DNA of 64,000 bases from Ignavibacteriota bacterium (GTDB lineage: Bacteria > Bacteroidota > Ignavibacteria > UBA10030), in assembly GCA_963701295.1 (NCBI GenBank), contig OY969585.1:3008001-3072000 (forward strand). Direction: 5' to 3'. Made by a program: the position numbers and the translations under genes. The notes under the pieces were generated by a model that searched no databases, had not been told where the DNA came from, and saw only the letters and a program-made list of their open reading frames with translations. This document shows positions 30,202 to 39,500 of the stretch, in pieces (the first letter of the stretch is position 1; each line of letters begins with the position of its first letter).

Positions 30202-32499
30202 TTAATCGTATACTGCTGCAATTTTGGATGCACCATAAATTTCATTGTTCACCAACATCACCATATCCTCCGAATCAAACGGCTTCTGAAGAAATGGTAA
30301 TTCTTGTACGAGAGTACTCATATCACTCGGCAGATTTTCTATTAAGCTCCCGCTCATGCCTATGATTTTAATGTTTGGATTTATTCTCCTGAGGGCAGGA
30401 ATTGTTGTAAGTCCATTCATATTAGGCATCAACATATCAAGCAGCACAACATCGATCTTATTTCTATTTTTTTCATAGATCGAAATCGCTTCATGTCCGT
30501 CAAACGCAGTCATTACTTTGAATTTTCTGCTTTCGAGCGTAGCCCGTACAAGATCCTGCAAGCTTTTTTCATCATCGACAACAAGAACAGTTTCTCCATG
30601 TCCCATCGATAGGTTGCTGCCTCTCGCAACATGTTCCTTTACTTTTTCTTCTTTGGCGGGGAGGAATACCTTAAACTCTGTTCCTTTGCCGAGTTCGCTA
30701 TGGACATCTATGAAACCACCGTGGCTCTTTACAATGCTTAATACTGAAGAAAGGCCTAAACCAGTTCCTTTGCCCGGTTCCTTTGTAGTAAAAAATGGAT
30801 CGAATATTTGATTTATAATCTCTGGAGCGATTCCAGTACCTGCATCTTTTACACTAAGGACAACATAGGGTCCCGGTACCGCTCTAAAATGCAAACCTGC
30901 TTCCTGTTCATTGAGGACAACATTTTGCAAATCGATGGCAAGCGTTCCACCATTTGGCATAGCATCTCGGGCATTGATCGAAAGATTCATTAATACCTGA
31001 TATAACTGCGTTGCATCTCCCTCAACATTCCAGATTCCTTTCGGACAATGCCTTCTTACTTTTACCATAGGCGGGAATGTTTCTGAAACGAAATTGAGCA
31101 ATTCCCATAAGAGATGCTTAAGTTGAAGAGTCACATGTTCACCTTGCACTCCTCGCACAAACGACATCAGTTGTCTTACAACCCCTTCTCCACGCTTTGC
31201 CGAACTTTCCAATGTTCGTAAAATATCTTGGCTCGTTTCATCTGTGAGCTTCTCCTTCATAAAGGGAACAGCCAGAATAATGGGTGTAAGAATATTGTTA
31301 AGGTCATGCAAAAGTCCGCTTGCCAAAGTGCCCACACTTTCCAACCGTTGAGCACGAAGGAACTGCTGTTCTATAATTTTCTTATCGGTGATGTCTGTAT
31401 TAATAGTTAGGATTGATTTCGGCCGCCCATATTCATCCCGCACAAGACTCCATCGGCTTTCCATAACAATGGTTTTGTGCGTCTTTGTGACTTGCTTCAA
31501 TTCACCAAACCAAGAGCCCTTATCTTTCACATCGAGCAATGCATGTTTTATACTGTCCGCTTCCGTATGGAGTAGTTGGGATGCATTTTTTGCTAGAGCT
31601 TCATCCCGCTTCCACCCATAAATTCTCTCTGCACTATTGTTCCAATAGATTATATTATCATCCAGGTCTCGAACAACAATCGCATCCTGTGCAATATCCA
31701 GCAAATTTGCTTGTTCTCTAATTTTTTCTTCCGCTCGTTTACGCTCAGTAGCATCTTGCATATAAATCGCAAGGCCATCTTCCGCAGGATATGCCCTAAC
31801 TTGCAGCCATGAATTTAACGCTGAATAGTATTCTTCAAATTCCGCAAACTTGTGGTCTGTCATTGCACTATGTAATGCTTTATATGCTACGGAGTCCTTT
31901 GGTGCTGGGAATTCACTCCACCAATTTTTCCCCCAGAGGTCTTCGCGCCGCTTGTTTACTTTTGCCAAGAAGACATCCGATCTCGGATTCAAGTACTTAA
32001 CTTCCCATGAGTTGCTCACCGAAAAAAAAGCATCTGTAATACTGTCAAAGATGGTGATTATTTGTTTCTGAGATCGTTCGAGCTCTTCTTCCAATCGCTC
32101 GTTTTCCCACTCTGCTCTCCGCTTTTCAAGAGCATTCTGGATGGCACCAGGTAACCGGCGAAGACTCGATTTCAGAATGTAATCATCGGCGCCTTCTTTG
32201 AGACATTCCACTGCTATTTCTTCATTCTTCATTCCAGTAACGAGAATAAATGGAATTTTTGTCCCTCTTTCACGAACGATCTTCAGCGCCTCTAGACCAC
32301 TGAACTGAGGTAATGAATAATCTGCAAGCACTACGTCCGGAGAGAATGTTTCAAGCTCCTTTAAGAATTTACTCTTGGAAGCAACTCGGCGTGTGTTATG
32401 TTCAATGTTTGCGTTCCGAAGTTCTCGATCGATCATTTCAGCATCGATAGGAATATCTTCTAGAATCAGAATGTTTAAAATTTCGGCTTGTTGTATCAT
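30202..32499 (-). CDS. Hybrid histidine kinase REC-PAS-PAS-HisKA-HATPase-REC
   Basis: LILED...ADYSLP...DYILK, two PAS/PAC segments, HDLNNIL, NARDAM, FDPFFTTK..GKGTGLGL and a C-terminal REC. Start moved to MIQQAE to avoid overlap. Confidence 0.93.
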   Translation of the reverse strand: MIQQAEILNILILEDIPIDAEMIDRELRNANIEHNTRRVASKSKFLKELETFSPDVVLADYSLPQFSGLEALKIVRERGTKIPFILVTGMKNEEIAVECLKEGADDYILKSSLRRLPGAIQNALEKRRAEWENERLEEELERSQKQIITIFDSITDAFFSVSNSWEVKYLNPRSDVFLAKVNKRREDLWGKNWWSEFPAPKDSVAYKALHSAMTDHKFAEFEEYYSALNSWLQVRAYPAEDGLAIYMQDATERKRAEEKIREQANLLDIAQDAIVVRDLDDNIIYWNNSAERIYGWKRDEALAKNASQLLHTEADSIKHALLDVKDKGSWFGELKQVTKTHKTIVMESRWSLVRDEYGRPKSILTINTDITDKKIIEQQFLRAQRLESVGTLASGLLHDLNNILTPIILAVPFMKEKLTDETSQDILRTLESSAKRGEGVVRQLMSFVRGVQGEHVTLQLKHLLWELLNFVSETFPPMVKVRRHCPKGIWNVEGDATQLYQVLMNLSINARDAMPNGGTLAIDLQNVVLNEQEAGLHFRAVPGPYVVLSVKDAGTGIAPEIINQIFDPFFTTKEPGKGTGLGLSSVLSIVKSHGGFIDVHSELGKGTEFKVFLPAKEEKVKEHVARGSNLSMGHGETVLVVDDEKSLQDLVRATLESRKFKVMTAFDGHEAISIYEKNRNKIDVVLLDMLMPNMNGLTTIPALRRINPNIKIIGMSGSLIENLPSDMSTLVQELPFLQKPFDSEDMVMLVNNEIYGASKIAAVYD

Positions 32500-32536
32500 A
32501 ACGTTTGACCTATTTTTTCCCCCGCTTAGTGTTTTC

Positions 32537-33313
32537 CTATGTCTTTGGAAGTGTGAAATAAAACTGGGCCCCATTATCCACTTTTCCCTCAGCCCACACA
32601 CGTCCGCCATGTCTTTGGATAATCCGCTTGACAATAGCCAGACCAACTCCTGTTCCATCAAATTCTTCTATCTCGTGCAATCTGTGAAATACGCCAAAGA
32701 GACGATCGACATATTGCATATCAAACCCAACTCCATTATCATGTATGCGATACACTATTTCCCCATCATATGAATATGAATTGATTTCCACTTCTCTTTT
32801 CTCTCGATAACGAGTATACTTGAATGCATTTGAAAGAAGATTGTACCATACTTGACGAATGAACGTTACATCTCCATATGCCGGAAGTAATGGGTGAAGT
32901 ATTATTGCGTACGAGGATGGTACGGTTTCACACACCAGTAATTCGTCAATAACCTTTTGTGCTATCACTGTCATATCAATAAAAGAATGTTGGGGATCAG
33001 ACTTAACCAATTTCGAAAATGCGAGCAACCCGTCAAGCAGTTTCTCCATTTGTTTGGAACTTTCTGTAATCTGCTGTAACAAGGTAGACTCTTTCGTATC
33101 GAAATTCGCTGCATGTCGTTTACTGAGCCACTCACAATTGTTTTGGATTGCACGCAACGGTGCACGCAAATCATGCGATATAGAATACGATAATGCTTCT
33201 AATTCATTGGAGACAGCCTCAACAGTCATGTCCAGAGTGTGTTGATAAGATACAAGTTGGCTTCGCATACTCTGGACATCTTCTTTCCGACTTTCAGCAA
33301 TTGTATATTCCAT
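32537..33313 (-). CDS. Soluble histidine kinase of the phytochrome-kinase type with no sensor domain
   Basis: SYSISHDLRAPLR, NLLSNAFKY, DNGVGFD, LFGVFHRLH and GTGVGLAIV; start overlaps the cheB stop (TAATG). Confidence 0.9.
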   Translation of the reverse strand: MEYTIAESRKEDVQSMRSQLVSYQHTLDMTVEAVSNELEALSYSISHDLRAPLRAIQNNCEWLSKRHAANFDTKESTLLQQITESSKQMEKLLDGLLAFSKLVKSDPQHSFIDMTVIAQKVIDELLVCETVPSSYAIILHPLLPAYGDVTFIRQVWYNLLSNAFKYTRYREKREVEINSYSYDGEIVYRIHDNGVGFDMQYVDRLFGVFHRLHEIEEFDGTGVGLAIVKRIIQRHGGRVWAEGKVDNGAQFYFTLPKT

Positions 33314-34470
33314 TATAGAACTTCTCCTCTTCCAATAGGAATGCGTGCTTTTGCCCATGCTTGCGCCAATCGTTCGAGTGCTACTGCTATATTATCAAGC
33401 GATAGCATAGAATCCACAAGACCTTCTTCATGTGCTGCCCGGGGCATACCATACACTACACAGCTCTCTTCATCTTGACCGATTACATATCCGCCTTTCG
33501 ATCTGATATGCTTCAGTCCTTCGACCCCATCTTTTCCCATGCCGGTCATAATAATACCAAGCAACGGACCTTGAAATGCCGCAGCAGCAGATGTCATCAT
33601 GATATTTGCTGAAGGACGATATAAGATGTCTGCTGGACCGTCTGAGATTTCTATTATTACACGAGAACCGTTGTTACTAAACGCCATTTGTTTTCCACCA
33701 GGAGCAATCAGAACTTTTCCGGGTTCAAATACTTCCCCATGCTCAGCTTCTTTGACATGAACCCTACTGATACTATTTAACCTTTCTGCCAATGTTCTGG
33801 TAAACTGAGGTGGCATATGCTGAACAATACCGACACCTAAGGGAAAACGTTCGGGAAGTTGTGGAATAATATTGAGCAGCGCTTGCGGTCCACCGGTCGA
33901 TATTCCAAGTACTACAGCGTGAAATTTCAATACCACACTTTCGAAACTAATATTCTTCGGTTTTTGCTTGTGATGAACTGTTTTACCATGAGAAGACTGT
34001 ACCAGTCTCCTCATACGAAATCGTGTCTGCACTAAACGGCTCCGTGCAATTTGTTTTACTTTCTCAATGAGTTCGTCTTTGATATTTTTGATATTGATCG
34101 AGATATATGACAAATCTTTAGAAATAAAATCAACGGCTCCTAAGTCAAGTGCCTGCATGGTAGCTTGTGCACTTTCTGTCGTCAAAGAACTCACCATAAG
34201 CACAGGCACCGGCATTTGATCCATAATAGTTTTGAGTGCAGTAAGTCCATCCATCCCGGGCATTTCAATATCCAATGTAACGATGTCTGGTTTCAAGGTG
34301 CTGATCTTTTCTATTCCTTCGTTTCCATCACTGGCAGTCCCAATGACACGAATTTCGGGATCTGATTCGAGCATGAGCTTCAACGATTTCCGCATGAATG
34401 CGGAATCATCAATCACAATAACTTTCACTATATTTTCTTCTGACGGCATCATAAAATCTTCCCTACTCAT
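33313..34470 (-). CDS. cheB: Chemotaxis methylesterase CheB (REC plus methylesterase)
   Basis: Motifs DDSAFMR, LDIEMP, GISTGGP, VQHMP, MTGMGKDG and VVYGMP. Confidence 0.97.
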   Translation of the reverse strand: MSREDFMMPSEENIVKVIVIDDSAFMRKSLKLMLESDPEIRVIGTASDGNEGIEKISTLKPDIVTLDIEMPGMDGLTALKTIMDQMPVPVLMVSSLTTESAQATMQALDLGAVDFISKDLSYISINIKNIKDELIEKVKQIARSRLVQTRFRMRRLVQSSHGKTVHHKQKPKNISFESVVLKFHAVVLGISTGGPQALLNIIPQLPERFPLGVGIVQHMPPQFTRTLAERLNSISRVHVKEAEHGEVFEPGKVLIAPGGKQMAFSNNGSRVIIEISDGPADILYRPSANIMMTSAAAAFQGPLLGIIMTGMGKDGVEGLKHIRSKGGYVIGQDEESCVVYGMPRAAHEEGLVDSMLSLDNIAVALERLAQAWAKARIPIGRGEVL

Positions 34471-36176
34471 GCTACCTTCCCAAAATGATGGGCAACTAAT
34501 TCGATAAATCGACCTACATCGATAACTAAAATAACACTCCCGTCTCCAAGAATAGTAGAACCCGCAATACCAGGAACATCACCGAGGTAATTGCCCAATG
34601 TCTTGATAACTACCTCTTTCTGTCCTTGGAGAGAATCGACGAGAAGTCCAATTCTTTTTTCTGCCCATCCGACTATCACAACATATGAAACAACCGAGTG
34701 TTGAATAGTTTGGTTTTTTCCAATGATGTCGGACATTCTTGCGAGCGGCAGAATAGTATCACGCACTCGTATAACTTCACGTCCTTGAATGCTGTAGATT
34801 TCTTCAGGAGTAATCCGAACGATTTCGAGTACTGCACTCAACGGAACAGCAAATATCTCATCAACTACTTTCAAGAGGAGACCCTGAATAATCGCAAGTG
34901 TCAAAGGTACCTTCAAAGTAATGATTGTTCCTGTCCCTACATTTGAATCGATCTCGACGATACCTTTTAATTTTGCTATGTTGGTTTTGACAACATCCAT
35001 TCCAACCCCTCTTCCCGACACATTTGTAATTTCTTGTTTCATGCTAAAACCCGGAATAAAAATTAAATTGAGAGCATCGGATTTTGACATTTCTGTCGCT
35101 TCAATTTCTGAAATCAACCCCTTTTCGATCGCTTTCTTTTTTGTTTTATCAATATCAATGCCGCGGCCATCATCTTCCATGGTGATCAGAATGTAATTTC
35201 CATCACGCTCTGCGTTGACTACAACTATTCCTTGCGCCGGCTTCCCTTTGCTCTTTCTCTCTTCGGGAGATTCGATGCCATGATCGACGGCATTACGAAT
35301 CATATGAATGAGTGGATCTTTTAATTCTTCTATAATGGATTTATCTAATTCAGTTTCTTTTCCATAGATCTGGAGATCGACTTCTTTCCCTGTCATGCGC
35401 ATAACCTCTCGGGCAACAAGCGGAAGTCCGCTGAACACTTTTTCTATTGGAACCATTCGTGTTTTCATGACCGCCATTTGAAGTTCCGTTGTCACAAAAT
35501 CAATCTGACTGCTGACATCGGCAATCTGCTTCGACATGTCTAAACGTTCATATTTTTCCGTCAAGGATTGTGTAGCTTGTGAAAGACGGTTGCGAGCAAG
35601 GACAAGTTCTCCGATAAGATTCATCAAATCGTCAAGTCTGTCAACATCAACTCGGATGGTTGTATCAACTGCATGTTGAGGCTGAATCTCAGTCAGTTCA
35701 GCACCATGGACAATTGGTTCTAGTATTGATGATGCTTCAGCTTGAACTGAAACCGGCGTAGTTTGCTGTTGCATCCCTCTCCGCAATTTTTCTAGAATAC
35801 TATCCATTTCTATAGGTTGCAGATTCCGACTTTCAATCCGCTGTAAGAGCACACCCGCGGTCTTATGAACGTCGATAAGCACATCAATTATTTCACTAGT
35901 GGCAGTGCAGTCGCCCTTCCGAAGTTTATTCAACAGGTCTTCACTCGTATGTGCCAATTCAGCAATTTGGTTGAATCCAAGAAATGACGATGTTCCTTTT
36001 AGTGTGTGCATTTCTCTGAAAATATTGTTCAGCACATTCACATCTAATGGAGCTTTTTCCAGTGCAAGCAGATCCTGACTCAAGTGATCGAGAATTTCCC
36101 TTGCTTCAACAAGATAGCTTTCGAATATTTCCCGCATCTCTTCATCAAAACCAGGTGCTGTCTGTTCATTGTCCAT
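34467..36176 (-). CDS. cheA: Chemotaxis kinase CheA (short, apparently lacking P2)
   Basis: Hpt FREMHTLKG, TIRVDVDRLD, HMIRNAVDHGIE, SGRGVGMDVV and a C-terminal CheW domain; 569 aa. Confidence 0.96.
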   Translation of the reverse strand: MDNEQTAPGFDEEMREIFESYLVEAREILDHLSQDLLALEKAPLDVNVLNNIFREMHTLKGTSSFLGFNQIAELAHTSEDLLNKLRKGDCTATSEIIDVLIDVHKTAGVLLQRIESRNLQPIEMDSILEKLRRGMQQQTTPVSVQAEASSILEPIVHGAELTEIQPQHAVDTTIRVDVDRLDDLMNLIGELVLARNRLSQATQSLTEKYERLDMSKQIADVSSQIDFVTTELQMAVMKTRMVPIEKVFSGLPLVAREVMRMTGKEVDLQIYGKETELDKSIIEELKDPLIHMIRNAVDHGIESPEERKSKGKPAQGIVVVNAERDGNYILITMEDDGRGIDIDKTKKKAIEKGLISEIEATEMSKSDALNLIFIPGFSMKQEITNVSGRGVGMDVVKTNIAKLKGIVEIDSNVGTGTIITLKVPLTLAIIQGLLLKVVDEIFAVPLSAVLEIVRITPEEIYSIQGREVIRVRDTILPLARMSDIIGKNQTIQHSVVSYVVIVGWAEKRIGLLVDSLQGQKEVVIKTLGNYLGDVPGIAGSTILGDGSVILVIDVGRFIELVAHHFGKVA

Positions 36177-36219
36177 AGATCATCATTCTATAATATGATA
36201 TATTGCCGATATACTTTCT

Positions 36220-36831
36220 TCAACTGCTTTTTTCATTTTCTTTCCACGCCGTCACAACTTCATCGATCTTTGATTGATGTTCTGGTGTTTTCATGTACGA
36301 AGCATTAACATCGAACGATTTGGGACCGGCTTTATCCTCTTCAACATAACGTCTCGCTTCGTCGGTTTTCTTCTTCGCAGTTTCAAAATAATTCAGCTCA
36401 TTCAGCAATTCCTTGCGAACTGACTCTATCAGATGGTTTGCTGCGCCAATTTTCTGTGCCGTTATATCCTGTACCTGTAAAGCTACCGTGATATTGCTTG
36501 TATTCTCCTTCAATTCTAATAGGGTTTGTCTGATTCCTGTAAGCATTAATAGTTGACGTTCAGAAATTCCTTTCTCATCGAATTCTTTTAAACCATTCTC
36601 TACCATATGAATCTTCGTTCCCATCTGGTCGAGTACGTCGAGAATTTCAACTGTAGCAAGTTCCGTCGCTTGTGTTACCGTGTTCAATTGAACCGATGCA
36701 TTAGGAATCTTACTCGAACTGTCTTCAATTGCATTCTTGATGCGATCGAGCAATGTAATAACCTTCTGGAGTGCAGTAATTACGCTTTCTGTTGTCCCTG
36801 CATCCTCATTCACTTTTTTTTCATCTGGCAT
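36220..36831 (-). CDS. cheZ: CheZ-like phosphatase
   Basis: L..VTQATE.AT..IL and LQVQDITAQ (DxxxQ); acidic C-terminal peptide IDEVV. Confidence 0.75.
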   Translation of the reverse strand: MPDEKKVNEDAGTTESVITALQKVITLLDRIKNAIEDSSSKIPNASVQLNTVTQATELATVEILDVLDQMGTKIHMVENGLKEFDEKGISERQLLMLTGIRQTLLELKENTSNITVALQVQDITAQKIGAANHLIESVRKELLNELNYFETAKKKTDEARRYVEEDKAGPKSFDVNASYMKTPEHQSKIDEVVTAWKENEKSS

Positions 36832-36900
36832 ACTTTCACCTTTTGTTTTATACAGTGCAATAATAGTTTATTTTTTTGTTCAGATTTTCACATTTCACGT

Positions 36901-37638
36901 TTATAATTGTCCGGCACGTGCCTTACTTAACAAGGACTCAACCATCTTCTTCCGCTCTATATCACCTACGATTTCCGGATCATTCGGAAGTGGAAGATTG
37001 ATGGAGAGCGGCTGAACTGTTGGAATGCTAAAGAATCCAGTTGTGAGCTTTCTCAGCTCTTCAGCAACCGCCTGGATCGTACCCATGACTGTACCAATGT
37101 GTTGCTGAGTGATATCCTGCACTTGAAGTGCCATCATAATTTCTGTGCAATCATCTTGAAGGTCCTTCAACAATCGTTCTAGATTGCTTGTCGGACCGCT
37201 CATTTTCATACTGCGAAGGTGCGCTGCCCACGCTTCAGCAAGCGCTACAATGTCCGCATCCCAACCCGATTTCTCGACCAATGTCTTCACGATTCCTGCC
37301 ATTTTATTCGTTGCAACACCAAGATCAGATGCTATCATACCTGAGGACACAGAAGTGATTACTTGGTCAAGTGTTGCCACCATTTTATCCAACGTATTTA
37401 ATATTTGGGTAGACGCTTGTTCCGTCGCTTCTGTCACACGTCCGAGTTGACCGGCAGCCTTGGGGATATTCACCATCGCCACTTCCAGCACTGCTTTGAG
37501 ATCTTCAATAGCTGGACTAATATCATTCAGAAAACCAGCAATTTCATCGAGAACCGGTATAGTTCGCTGACCGTATTCACAGAATACTTTCACTTCAGCG
37601 GCTTTTTGTAAAACTTTTTCAACTTCCTGTTGATTCAT
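36901..37638 (-). CDS. cheZ: CheZ-like phosphatase (second paralog)
   Basis: LGRVTEATEQASTQIL and MALQVQDITQQ. Confidence 0.72.
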   Translation of the reverse strand: MNQQEVEKVLQKAAEVKVFCEYGQRTIPVLDEIAGFLNDISPAIEDLKAVLEVAMVNIPKAAGQLGRVTEATEQASTQILNTLDKMVATLDQVITSVSSGMIASDLGVATNKMAGIVKTLVEKSGWDADIVALAEAWAAHLRSMKMSGPTSNLERLLKDLQDDCTEIMMALQVQDITQQHIGTVMGTIQAVAEELRKLTTGFFSIPTVQPLSINLPLPNDPEIVGDIERKKMVESLLSKARAGQL

Positions 37639-37690
37639 AACTCTATCCTCTCAGGATCATATTATTGTAAGAACGATTTTTCATCCCGCT

Positions 37691-38083
37691 CTATTCCGTA
37701 CTCACTTGAACGGTCTTGAGAATACCCTCGATCTTCTCTTTCAATTCCTGCGGCGTGAATGGTTTCATAATGTAACTATTAACTTTTGCCTGAAGTGCCT
37801 CTACGACATCATGCTCGGTTCCGCGGGTGGTGATCATGAGAATCGGCATGGATGAATACAATGGATTCGATCGAACAATTTTGATAAAATCCAATCCGTT
37901 CATTTCGGGCATATTCCAGTCGGTAATAATAAAATCCACTTTGCCGCTTGGAAGTTTTTCAAGTGCCTCTTTTCCATTTGAGGCTTCAATTGTATCTGTG
38001 AAACCCACAGTCTTTAACGCATTAGTGATAATGCGTCGTATGGTGATCGAATCATCCACAATGAGAATCTTTATTGATGCCAT
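37691..38083 (-). CDS. cheY: CheY
   Basis: Motifs LIVDDS.TIRRI, ITDWNMPEMNG, PILMIT and YIMKPF. Confidence 0.9.
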   Translation of the reverse strand: MASIKILIVDDSITIRRIITNALKTVGFTDTIEASNGKEALEKLPSGKVDFIITDWNMPEMNGLDFIKIVRSNPLYSSMPILMITTRGTEHDVVEALQAKVNSYIMKPFTPQELKEKIEGILKTVQVSTE

Positions 38084-38175
38084 GGTACTATCCTTTTATA
38101 GTTTTATTAATAATATTTTTTCTTATTCTTTCTATTATTCATCTTTTTTCTATATCAAAGTGCAACTTTGTGTGC

Positions 38176-38223
38176 ACAATAAGTATCGGCAAAGGAACGA
38201 TTTGCTAATAGGATATTTCCTAT
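38176..38223. promoter_or_regulatory. Repeated double-palindrome motif, copy B (upstream of cheY-cheZ-cheZ-cheA)
   Basis: acaataag-TATCGGC-aaaggaa-CGAT-ttgctaa-TAGG-atattt-CCTAT. Confidence 0.55.
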
Positions 38224-38225
38224 GC

Positions 38226-38612
38226 TCACCCTGTATGTGGAATTGTTTTATGGACAAATCGAAAAACTTCTCGTTGAATGGCTTCAGTGCTGAGAGGTTT
38301 TTCTAAAAATGCAAGCGCTCCACTTTCTAATGCAAGGTCTTTGTCCTTCAAATCGGTCATCGAAGAGAGGACGATAATCGGGATATCCTGATACTCGGGC
38401 GTCTCTCGAAGTGTACGGATGAATTCATATCCATCCATATCTGGCATATTAAGATCGGTGATGATGAGATCGAACTTTTCTGACGGCATTCGCTCCAGCG
38501 CTTCTATTCCATCTCCCGCCGTAACCACTCGAAATCCTTTCATATTCAATGCTGCAGCAACGAACTTCCTCACAGTCGCTGAATCGTCTACAACTAGGAC
38601 TACTTTTTCCAT
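38226..38612 (-). CDS. Single-domain CheY-like response regulator
   Basis: Motifs VVDDS, ITDLNMP and FLEKP. Confidence 0.9.
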   Translation of the reverse strand: MEKVVLVVDDSATVRKFVAAALNMKGFRVVTAGDGIEALERMPSEKFDLIITDLNMPDMDGYEFIRTLRETPEYQDIPIIVLSSMTDLKDKDLALESGALAFLEKPLSTEAIQREVFRFVHKTIPHTG

Positions 38613-38618
38613 ACTCTA

Positions 38619-39500
38619 CTACTCCTTCTTATAAGCGGTCGTCTTAGGAATGCTCACCAGTTTAAATGCGGTTGAAATCCTGTGCAACATTTCCGAGAAA
38701 CCTATAAAGAGATATCCGCCCCGATTGAGGCTGTTGAACAGATCTCCAACAACCTGGATTTTTGCCTTCTCATCAAAGTAAATGAGAACATTTGCGCAAA
38801 AAATGAAATCGAAGTGCATCATGTTCCGCATCTTTTCCCGATCTATCAAATTAATGTATTCGAAACGAACCAGTTCTTTTACTTCTTTTCGCAATCGATA
38901 GACACCGTTGGATTGGTCAAAATATTTATTCAAATATAGTTTCGGCGTATTGCGGATTGCATATTGATTGTATTCTGCTTTGTGTGCCATGTCGAGTACT
39001 GCTCTATTAATATCTGTGCCGATGATTTCGATACGCAACTCCGGATATCGAGGTTTAAGGTGTTCGAGATACAACATAGCTAATGAATAAGGCTCTTCCC
39101 CGGAAGAACATGCAGCACTCCATATTCTCAGTGTTCGATTATTATATGCCTTCTTTGCTTCGATGACTTCTTCAGCAAATTTCTTTTGAAATGCATCGAT
39201 CTGCGCATCGTTCCGAAAGAAAAATGTTTCGTTAATTGTGATCATATTGCATAAAAATTCAAATTCACAATCTTTTTGCTGACCGTACCTCAACAAATGA
39301 AGATACTCTTCGAAATGGTCGACCTTGAGTACTTGCAGGCGTTTGACAAGTCTTCCCTCGATTAAGTACTTCTTCTTCTCAGGGAAAAAGATACCAGTTT
39401 TCGAATAGATGAAGTCCCTTAGCATAACGAAGGTTTCTGCCGTAAGCTTCGGAGAAGAGTCAACTCGGATTCTATCTTGGGCCTGTTCAAACACGATCAA
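38619..39500 (-). CDS. cheR: Chemotaxis methyltransferase CheR
   Basis: Motifs TINETFFFR, IWSAACSSGEEPYS, GTDIN, FCANVLIYFD and GGYLFIG. Confidence 0.96.
   Translation of the reverse strand: MIVFEQAQDRIRVDSSPKLTAETFVMLRDFIYSKTGIFFPEKKKYLIEGRLVKRLQVLKVDHFEEYLHLLRYGQQKDCEFEFLCNMITINETFFFRNDAQIDAFQKKFAEEVIEAKKAYNNRTLRIWSAACSSGEEPYSLAMLYLEHLKPRYPELRIEIIGTDINRAVLDMAHKAEYNQYAIRNTPKLYLNKYFDQSNGVYRLRKEVKELVRFEYINLIDREKMRNMMHFDFIFCANVLIYFDEKAKIQVVGDLFNSLNRGGYLFIGFSEMLHRISTAFKLVSIPKTTAYKKE

Noticed and set aside
32500-32661. N-terminal 54 aa of ORF 30202-32661
   Set aside because: It overlaps the upstream kinase gene; the REC domain starts after MIQQAE at 32499.
38160-38180. Sigma54-like site upstream of cheY (GTGCACACAAAGTTGC)
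   Set aside because: It lacks the invariant GG-N10-GC spacing.
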